DNA of 64,000 bases from Bdellovibrio sp. (GTDB taxonomy: Bacteria > Bdellovibrionota > Bdellovibrionia > Bdellovibrionales > Bdellovibrionaceae). Positions 57,005 through 64,000 of this stretch are shown piece after piece. Under the pieces are notes generated by a model. The model made no database searches. It was not told the DNA's origin and worked only from the letters and a program-made list of their open reading frames with translations. Each line of letters begins with the position of its first letter. Position 1 is the first letter of the stretch. The position numbers and the translations under genes are program-made. The stretch spans positions 2,464,001 through 2,528,000 of the forward strand of contig JAKFCY010000002.1 of the NCBI GenBank assembly GCA_036676395.1, read 5' to 3'.

Positions 57005-59860
57005 ATGGATTTAAATACGTCACTTTCTACCCTTCACACGAACTCGGAATTTACTGGCCGCCATATTGGCCCAACACCCGCAGATCAACAAGACATGCTA
57101 AACACTCTTGGTTTTACAAACTTCGATGAACTGATGACCAAGGTCGTTCCGAAAACTATTTTTTCAAATGAAAAACTAAATGTGGGCGACGGAATTTCTG
57201 AATTTGAAATTTTAAACCAGCTTAAAAAAACAGTTTCTGAAAATAAAGTTTTCAGAACTCTTATCGGCATGGGCTTTCACGATACGATCACGCCGTCTCC
57301 GATTTTACGTAACGTGTTTGAAAATCCAGTGTGGTACACGGCTTACACGCCTTACCAACCAGAAATTTCGCAAGGCCGTTTAGAAAGTTTATTAAACTTT
57401 CAAACAATGATTGCTGACCTTACAGGAATGGAAATTTCAAATGCTTCGTTATTAGATGAAGGCACTGCTGCTGCAGAAGCTTTAATGATGGCCCATTCAT
57501 TGTGTAAGAAAAAAGACTGCAATGCTTTTGTGGTTCACCCACAAGCTCATCCGCATGTAATTGAAGTTTTAAAAACTCGCGCTGAGCCGTTAAAATTAGA
57601 AATGATCATTGCTGATCCTTCGACTTACGATTTTAAAAAAGAAATCTTTGCAGCGATTTTTCAATACCCGACAACAGAAGGTACACTTGAAGATTACAGC
57701 GCAATCACGACAAAACTTCATGATCACGGTGCTTTAGCGATTGCTTCAGTTGATTTATTAGCACTAACGCTATTAACACCTCCGGGTGAATGGGGTGCGG
57801 ATATCGTTGTGGGTAACTCGCAACGTTTCGGCGTGCCATTGGGCTTTGGTGGCCCTCACGCTGCTTACTTAGCAACTAAAGATGCTTACAAACGTTCGTT
57901 ACCAGGCCGTCTAGTAGGAGTGTCTGTTGATAGTCATGGTAAAAAAGCCTTACGCTTAACTTTACAAACTCGTGAACAACATATTCGTCGCGAAAAAGCG
58001 ACTTCAAACATTTGCACCGCGCAAGTGTTGTTAGCCAATATCGCAGCGATGTACGGCATTTATCACGGACCACAGGGTTTAAAGAAAATAGCGTTACGCG
58101 CTCACCGCTTAACTCAATTAGCCGTAGCTGGTTTAGAAAAATTAGGCTTTAAAACAACGACTACGCAATTTTTTGACACTGTAAAAATTAAAACTGATAA
58201 AACAGCTGCCATTGTAGCTGCCGCTGAAAAATTAGAAATCAACGTGCGCGTTTACAATGACGGTGTTGGTTTTTCTATTAACGAAACTTGCAACCACAAA
58301 TTAGTTGAAGATTTATTAATCGCTTTCAACAACGGTCAGGCATTAACTTTCAAATTGGCTGATCTTGAAGCGGGATTAAAAAATCAATGGAACAAAGAAT
58401 TTGTTCGCACCACTGATTTCATGACTCACGCGACGTTTAACAGATATCACTCTGAAACAGAGTTGATGCGATACATTTACCAATTGCAAAATAAAGACAT
58501 CACTTTAACTCACTCAATGATTCCACTTGGATCGTGCACGATGAAATTAAATGCGGCCACCGAACTTATTCCGGTTTCTTGGCCAGAGATTAGCAAAATG
58601 CATCCGTTCGTTCCAAGCAATCAAACACTGGGTTACCAAAAATTAATTAAAGATCTTGAACAAAAACTTTGCGCGATCACGGGTTTTGCCGCTGTTTCAT
58701 TACAACCAAACTCTGGCGCCCAGGGTGAATACACTGGATTACTTGTAATTCGTGAATACTTTAAAGCCAGAAATGAATTACACAGAAACGTATGTTTGAT
58801 TCCCTCTTCGGCTCACGGAACAAACCCCGCATCGGCAGTGCTTGCAGGTTTTCAGGTTGTGGTTACGGCGTGTGATGAAAACGGAAACGTTGATTTAAAT
58901 GATTTACGTGCAAAAGCTGAATTACATAAAGATAAATTAGCGGCAATGATGGTGACTTACCCGTCAACTCACGGAATCTTTGAAGAAGCGATCACTGATA
59001 TTTGCGAAATCATTCACAAAAATGGTGGCCAGGTTTACATGGATGGCGCAAATTTAAATGCGTTAGTGGGCGTTGCTCAACCAGGAAAATTCGGACCAGA
59101 TGTTTCGCATATGAATTTACATAAAACATTTGCGATTCCTCACGGCGGTGGCGGACCAGGTGTTGGCCCGATTGGTGTTGGCGCGCATTTAGCTCCGTAT
59201 TTACCAAAACATTCATTAGTTAAAGAAGCAGGCCCAGCAACGGGTATAAGCTCTACCACATCAGCGCCATGGGGTTCAGCTTCGATTTTACCAATCAGCT
59301 GGAGCTACATCACCATGATGGGTGCTGCAGGCTTAAAACAGGCGACAATGACTTCAATCTTATCAGCAAACTACATCGCTAAGAAATTAGCGCCTCACTA
59401 CCCGATCGTTTACAAAGGTAAAGAAGGTCTAGTAGCGCATGAATGTATTATTGATATTCGCCCGCTTAAAAAATCTCATGAGATTGATGTGACTGATATC
59501 GCAAAACGTTTAATGGATTTCGGTTTTCATGCGCCAACAATGTCTTGGCCAGTGATCGGTACATTGATGATCGAACCAACTGAGTCAGAATCAAAACGCG
59601 AGATCGATCGTTTTTGTGAAGCCATGATTCAAATTCGCAAAGAAGCGGACGCCTGCCCTGATGTGATTAGAAATGCTCCCCACACGGCTGAAACGCTTTT
59701 AGCGACTGAATGGAACCATAAGTACACTCGTGAAGTTGCGGCTTACCCTGCATCTTGGGTGAAAACGAATAAATACTGGCCACCAGTAGGTCGTGTAGAT
59801 AACGTTTACGGTGATAAAAACATCGTGTGCTCTTGCCCTCCGTTAGATTCATACACCTAG
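57005..59860 (+). CDS. gcvP: Glycine dehydrogenase (glycine cleavage P protein)
   Basis: YTPYQPEISQG, PLGSCTMK, SHMNLHKTF, HGGGGPG. Confidence 0.97.
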   Translation: MDLNTSLSTLHTNSEFTGRHIGPTPADQQDMLNTLGFTNFDELMTKVVPKTIFSNEKLNVGDGISEFEILNQLKKTVSENKVFRTLIGMGFHDTITPSPILRNVFENPVWYTAYTPYQPEISQGRLESLLNFQTMIADLTGMEISNASLLDEGTAAAEALMMAHSLCKKKDCNAFVVHPQAHPHVIEVLKTRAEPLKLEMIIADPSTYDFKKEIFAAIFQYPTTEGTLEDYSAITTKLHDHGALAIASVDLLALTLLTPPGEWGADIVVGNSQRFGVPLGFGGPHAAYLATKDAYKRSLPGRLVGVSVDSHGKKALRLTLQTREQHIRREKATSNICTAQVLLANIAAMYGIYHGPQGLKKIALRAHRLTQLAVAGLEKLGFKTTTTQFFDTVKIKTDKTAAIVAAAEKLEINVRVYNDGVGFSINETCNHKLVEDLLIAFNNGQALTFKLADLEAGLKNQWNKEFVRTTDFMTHATFNRYHSETELMRYIYQLQNKDITLTHSMIPLGSCTMKLNAATELIPVSWPEISKMHPFVPSNQTLGYQKLIKDLEQKLCAITGFAAVSLQPNSGAQGEYTGLLVIREYFKARNELHRNVCLIPSSAHGTNPASAVLAGFQVVVTACDENGNVDLNDLRAKAELHKDKLAAMMVTYPSTHGIFEEAITDICEIIHKNGGQVYMDGANLNALVGVAQPGKFGPDVSHMNLHKTFAIPHGGGGPGVGPIGVGAHLAPYLPKHSLVKEAGPATGISSTTSAPWGSASILPISWSYITMMGAAGLKQATMTSILSANYIAKKLAPHYPIVYKGKEGLVAHECIIDIRPLKKSHEIDVTDIAKRLMDFGFHAPTMSWPVIGTLMIEPTESESKREIDRFCEAMIQIRKEADACPDVIRNAPHTAETLLATEWNHKYTREVAAYPASWVKTNKYWPPVGRVDNVYGDKNIVCSCPPLDSYT

Positions 59861-60816
59861 TGAAAAAAATCGTTCTGATCCGTTTAGATAAAATCGGCGA
59901 CTTGATCTGTACACTACCTACAGATCAAGTGTTGGATCAGAGCGCCTACGATGTCACCTGGGTCGTGCAAAAAGGCATGGGTCGCATTGTAGAATACGGC
60001 GAAAAAAAGCGCCGCTACATCGAACTTGATAAAGAAAATCCTGAAGCTTCCAGAAAAATATTTGCTGAATTCTTAGAGAAAAGTAATTTTGATTACGCCG
60101 TTAGTTTTCAATGCCCTTGGTGGATCAATTACGAATTATTTAAACATCGTATTCGCCATCGCATTGGTGTTTTAAGCCAGTGGCATAGTTTTCTGTTTTT
60201 AAACGAAGGTGTTCGTCAGAAACGATCACGTGCTATCAAGCATGAATTTGAATATAACTTAGAACTGATCGAAAAAATCACTGGGCCGATCACACAAGAT
60301 CCGAAAAAAATTCTTTTCAGATTTAAAAAACCACAATCAACCGCAACGCTTGATAAGTTTGGTCTTAAACCAAATTATATTGTAGTTCATCCGGGAATGA
60401 TGGGTTCAGCACTGAACTGGCCACAACAAAAATACATTGAATATATTGCTAAACAAATTTCGTTAAATCGTATCATTGTGATCACCGGAACAGATTCTGA
60501 CGAACCCTATTTGAACGAAATAAAATCTGTTTACGTAAACCACCCCCAAGTTAAATGGCTGCAAAGTAAATTAAATTTCAACGAACTTTTAGAAATTTTA
60601 AATTATTCTGAAAAAATAATTGCGCCCTCGACAGGAGTCGCGCACATCGCTTCTAGTTTAGACAAAGAAGTGCATGCGATTTTTTCGCATATTCGTGTTC
60701 ATCACCCGATACGTTGGGCACCACGCGGAGAAAACATTCATATCTATTTACCAAAAGTTACCAATCCCGAGACGTGCGATCACACTGATTGCATGACTAA
60801 GATCGAGCTTCCTTAG
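59860..60816 (+). CDS. Glycosyltransferase family 9 (heptosyltransferase-like)
   Basis: IRLDKIGDLI, VHPG, STGVAHIA, RWAP; GTG start overlapping the gcvP stop. Confidence 0.88.
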   Translation: MKKIVLIRLDKIGDLICTLPTDQVLDQSAYDVTWVVQKGMGRIVEYGEKKRRYIELDKENPEASRKIFAEFLEKSNFDYAVSFQCPWWINYELFKHRIRHRIGVLSQWHSFLFLNEGVRQKRSRAIKHEFEYNLELIEKITGPITQDPKKILFRFKKPQSTATLDKFGLKPNYIVVHPGMMGSALNWPQQKYIEYIAKQISLNRIIVITGTDSDEPYLNEIKSVYVNHPQVKWLQSKLNFNELLEILNYSEKIIAPSTGVAHIASSLDKEVHAIFSHIRVHHPIRWAPRGENIHIYLPKVTNPETCDHTDCMTKIELP

Positions 60817-60922
60817 GACGTAAGTCCTGTAAAAATCATCTACAATTCATAGGCAATTCATTCTTGTTTCTAACCTGAATTTAGCAGGTTCGTGTCCAAT
60901 TTTTCTACAATTTCTACGTCTC

Positions 60923-60950
60923 TAACGTTGCTGCAAAACCGCGCCGATAG
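60923..60950 (+). promoter_or_regulatory. sigma28-type promoter
   Basis: TAAC-N16-GCCGATAG. Confidence 0.6.
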
Positions 60951-60976
60951 AGCCTTTGCAAAAAAGAGGACTCAAC

Positions 60977-62473
60977 ATGAAAATATTTTCTAAATCACTT
61001 TTACTAGCATCAATCGCACTCTCGGTTGGTTGCATGAACAACAAGCCTAGGATAGTTGAGTCAAGCCAAAAGGCTGCCGAAGCTATCGGTTGCGACAGCT
61101 TTAAAAGTAAAGTCTACGATTCGATGTATGACTACTTAGATAACGAACAAGAAGCTCCTGCCTTAGCTGATTTTTCTTCTTCCTTAAGTGAAAAAATCGA
61201 CGCGATTGTATTAGCGCAAAAAATTGATAACCCAGAAGCCGTCGCAAGTTTGAAATTAAATATTTCAGATCTATATAAAGTGTTAATTGAAAAAGCAGCT
61301 GAATTAAAACAAACAAAGACTGCAAAAGAACACTTACAAACAATTATCGAAATGGAAATGGAAGACGTTTCGACTCCAGAAAACGTTCAGCTAAATCAAG
61401 TGGCTTCAAAGTCATTTGCTAAAGTTGATCAAGCGGTAAAAGAATTAGATGTTCAATGTGGCGCCGGAACCGGCGAAACTGAAGAACCAAATGATCCAAT
61501 AACTAATGAACCCACAGAACCTACAACCGACCCAGGAACAGTCACTGATGCGCCACCAGCTGTCGGGCAAAAAAATGTTTTGGTCGGTTCACATAACGTA
61601 TTAGCAACAGCTTATCAAAGCTGTGCGGTACTAGAGATTCCAGAAGTTTCAGCTGCGACGGCTGATGTTCAAGGAATCGAACGTTACGGCACCCACACTG
61701 ATGGTGTCGGCGGGTTACGTCGCGTATCTAGCCTAAGTGCAGTCCAAAACACTCATCCTTATATTAAGGTTGCCGGTGGTTCACAGTCAGGTTGTTTCAA
61801 TGTAAGAAGTAATCCATTAATTTATGATTACGGTGGACAAGCCGCGATCTCAAATAACATCTTAGACTTTTCTAAAAACTCGGGCTCTGGAACTTCAGCA
61901 TTAGGTATCGACTGTTCGGCTTACGTGTCAGCAGCGGTTGCAGCTGGTGGCTTACGCTACAAACCAGGTGTTGAAAATAAAGCGGTTTACACGCGTCAGA
62001 ATTCATCAAAATTTATTAATGCATCAAGCTCTGGCTTTACTTGTTTTAGTAACGTAACTGCAACGCCAACAGCATCGATTAAAGCTGGTGATATCGTGGG
62101 CGTAAGTGGTCACGTGGTGATCGTTGATAAAGTGGGCGCTGATCCATTCGGATTAAAACGTTTAACATCAGCGACGCAGTGTAATTCATTGTCTACGACT
62201 TACTGGGATTTCATCGTCAGCCAAAGTTCGCCGTCAAAAGGTGGAATCGGTCTTAACAGATACATCGCAAAAGATTACTTACGTGAATCGACTAAAATGA
62301 TGACAGCATTTATGGGTATCGCTAAAGCCTCTTGCCAAGCTTACTTTGGTGGCAAAAATGTAGCTACGCCTAGCTCGTCTTACGGCATTTTACGTCATAA
62401 AGGCACAGCAGAATGTTTATCGCCAAAAATTCAGATGGCATATCAAAGTTGCGTTAGCACGTGTATGAAGTAA
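60977..62473 (+). CDS. Lipoprotein with a helical N-domain and a C-terminal NlpC/P60-like cysteine peptidase domain
   Basis: Lipobox SVGC; YDYGG..GIDCSAYVS..KAGDIV..GHVVIV; GAGGA SD. Confidence 0.65.
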   Translation: MKIFSKSLLLASIALSVGCMNNKPRIVESSQKAAEAIGCDSFKSKVYDSMYDYLDNEQEAPALADFSSSLSEKIDAIVLAQKIDNPEAVASLKLNISDLYKVLIEKAAELKQTKTAKEHLQTIIEMEMEDVSTPENVQLNQVASKSFAKVDQAVKELDVQCGAGTGETEEPNDPITNEPTEPTTDPGTVTDAPPAVGQKNVLVGSHNVLATAYQSCAVLEIPEVSAATADVQGIERYGTHTDGVGGLRRVSSLSAVQNTHPYIKVAGGSQSGCFNVRSNPLIYDYGGQAAISNNILDFSKNSGSGTSALGIDCSAYVSAAVAAGGLRYKPGVENKAVYTRQNSSKFINASSSGFTCFSNVTATPTASIKAGDIVGVSGHVVIVDKVGADPFGLKRLTSATQCNSLSTTYWDFIVSQSSPSKGGIGLNRYIAKDYLRESTKMMTAFMGIAKASCQAYFGGKNVATPSSSYGILRHKGTAECLSPKIQMAYQSCVSTCMK

Positions 62474-62482
62474 TATATAAGA

Positions 62483-63490
62483 ATGTCTGAACAGCATTCT
62501 AAAATTTTCGATCTTATCCATCAGCCAGAGTTGAAAACCTTAACTCTGGCTGATTTCATTAAAACACTATCAGACTATTTCGTAAATAATCCCGATGACC
62601 TGACCCCGTGGGATAAAGAGTACTGCCAAAAAGCTTACCGTTATTATTATTTACCGCTGAATTACATCAGAAATGAAAATGTGATTCGTCGTGGCCTTGA
62701 AGTTGATTTTTTCAAAGACATTCAATCTACGGTGGATTGGGGCACAGGCCCGGGCACTGCAAGTTTAGCTTTGTCGCAAACGCTGCCGCAAAGTTTAAAG
62801 AAGCAAATTCTGATCGATCAATCCCCTGTCGCTTTAAAAAACTTTACTGATTTAAAACAGTATTTAAAAAATCCAGAATATTCGAACGAATTAAAATTAA
62901 AAAACCTAGATGTTGATTATAGAAATTCATTATTAGTTTTTTCGTACAGTTTAACCGAGATGCAAGAACTTCCGAATGGTTTTTATGATTTTGATTCGAT
63001 TATGATATTAGAACCATCGACCCAAGATGATGGCCGAAAGCTTTCTGAGCTTCGCCAGAAATTGATCGATCGTGGTTATTACAGCTGGGCCCCCTGCACG
63101 CATCAAGCTGCTTGCCCCCTACTAACACAATCAAAAACTGATTGGTGTCATGATAGATATCACGTGCAAGCGCCAGAATGGTTTTGGGAAACTGAAAAAC
63201 ATTTGCCGTTTAAAAACAAAACGATCACGACTAGTTATTTATTAGCTAAAAAAACTCCGCCGCCAGAAAAAATTAAAAGCATGGCGCGTACCGTGGGTGA
63301 TTCGTTAAATGAAAAAGGCAAAACCAGACAACTGGTTTGCAGATCGACCGAACGCGAATTTTTGGCGTGGATGCATAAAGCAAAAAACGAGCAAACGATT
63401 CCACGTGGTGAATTGATTACGATTCCTGATGATGCCGAGAAAAAATCGAACGAACTTCGTATTAAATCTAAAGTTACGAAGCTTTTTTGA
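62483..63490 (+). CDS. Rsm22/METTL17-family SAM-fold protein
   Basis: DWGTGPGTAS, SYSLTE, ILEPST, APCTHQAACP..WCH. Confidence 0.82.
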   Translation: MSEQHSKIFDLIHQPELKTLTLADFIKTLSDYFVNNPDDLTPWDKEYCQKAYRYYYLPLNYIRNENVIRRGLEVDFFKDIQSTVDWGTGPGTASLALSQTLPQSLKKQILIDQSPVALKNFTDLKQYLKNPEYSNELKLKNLDVDYRNSLLVFSYSLTEMQELPNGFYDFDSIMILEPSTQDDGRKLSELRQKLIDRGYYSWAPCTHQAACPLLTQSKTDWCHDRYHVQAPEWFWETEKHLPFKNKTITTSYLLAKKTPPPEKIKSMARTVGDSLNEKGKTRQLVCRSTEREFLAWMHKAKNEQTIPRGELITIPDDAEKKSNELRIKSKVTKLF

Positions 63491-63785
63491 TAATCACTTC
63501 ATATTTTAAATTTGCTGCGCGGAACAAATCTCGTATAGCTAGCATCACAAAATATTCTTCAGGCCATTGTAAAAGTTTTGCAAATCGAGCAGCACGCTCA
63601 ACACTAACTAACTTTCGGCCTTTTTCGATATCGCATAGATTTGCTTTCGAGATTTTTAGTTTTTTGGCAAAGTCTACTTGAGAAATTTCATCTGCCATGC
63701 GGTTGGAACGCAAGCACATCGCCATTGTCATGACACCATGTTTTTTTTGTAAATCTTCAAGCCCATATTTTCTTTTAGTACTCAT
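63474..63785 (-). CDS. XRE-HTH antitoxin (HigA-like)
   Basis: SQVDFAKKLKISKANLCDIEKGRK; start overlaps the toxin remnant. Confidence 0.8.
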   Translation of the reverse strand: MSTKRKYGLEDLQKKHGVMTMAMCLRSNRMADEISQVDFAKKLKISKANLCDIEKGRKLVSVERAARFAKLLQWPEEYFVMLAIRDLFRAANLKYEVIIKKAS

Positions 63786-63931
63786 GCTTATTTACCTCTA
63801 TAACCTGAATGACTCTTAGCTCACCATTTTCAACTTCAAAATAAATCGCTCGATAGGCTTTGTTCGGGCAGCCTATCAAGTTGCTTACCAACTCGATCAG
63901 ACCAATTAACTTGATCTCCAAAGTACTCCAT
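63775..63931 (-). pseudogene. Internally deleted, frameshifted RelE/HigB-like toxin
   Basis: MEYFGDQVNWSDRVGKQLDRLPE in one frame, NKAYRAIYFEVENGELRVIQVIEVNKHEY* in another; the middle is absent. Confidence 0.7.
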
Positions 63932-63948
63932 TGTGGAGTACTTTTCAA
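63920..63948 (-). promoter_or_regulatory. TA-locus operator palindrome overlapping a sigma70-like promoter
   Basis: AAAGTACTCCA-TTG-TGGAGTACTTT (63920-63944); minus strand TTGAAA-N17-TACTTT. Confidence 0.6.
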
Positions 63949-64000
63949 CTAGCTTATTTTTACGACTGATTTTTCCCATACGAAGGCCCTTGCAAAGCGC

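Overview
This is a gene-dense, AT-leaning window that most resembles a predatory Bdellovibrionota (Bdellovibrio/Pseudobdellovibrio-like) chromosome. That assignment is inferred from MAT-like fibre adhesins, a DgcB-like FHA-GGDEF cyclase, TIGR02147/DUF4423 paralogues, DUF4360 proteins and many sigma28-type promoters. Housekeeping genes include argS, lipA-E2-lpdA-lipB, a PIN-PhoH ATPase, rlmN, a PfkB kinase, heptose kinase, gdh-pyrD-mutT, IHF/HU, flagellin, epmA, tldD/tldE, gcvP and an Rsm22-family gene. Secreted or predation-type genes are interspersed. No rRNA, tRNA, CRISPR array, transposase or integrase was recognised. Main candidate new system: two TIGR02147/DUF4423 HTH loci, each next to a secreted VGNGG...HE protein. 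They are associated with a palindrome family TG(T/C)TCCA-N6-TGGA(A/G)CA seen four times in two variants, one copy lying 27 kb away from its likely regulator. Other highlights: a secreted protein with near-exact stanniocalcin cysteine spacing; an internally deleted RelE/HigB-like toxin before an intact antitoxin; a structured leader with a 4-codon uORF before an ECF sigma gene; an SD-sequestering hairpin before gcvP; and a possible pThr/FHA/c-di-GMP module. All family calls come from reading motifs by eye, with no database searches run.
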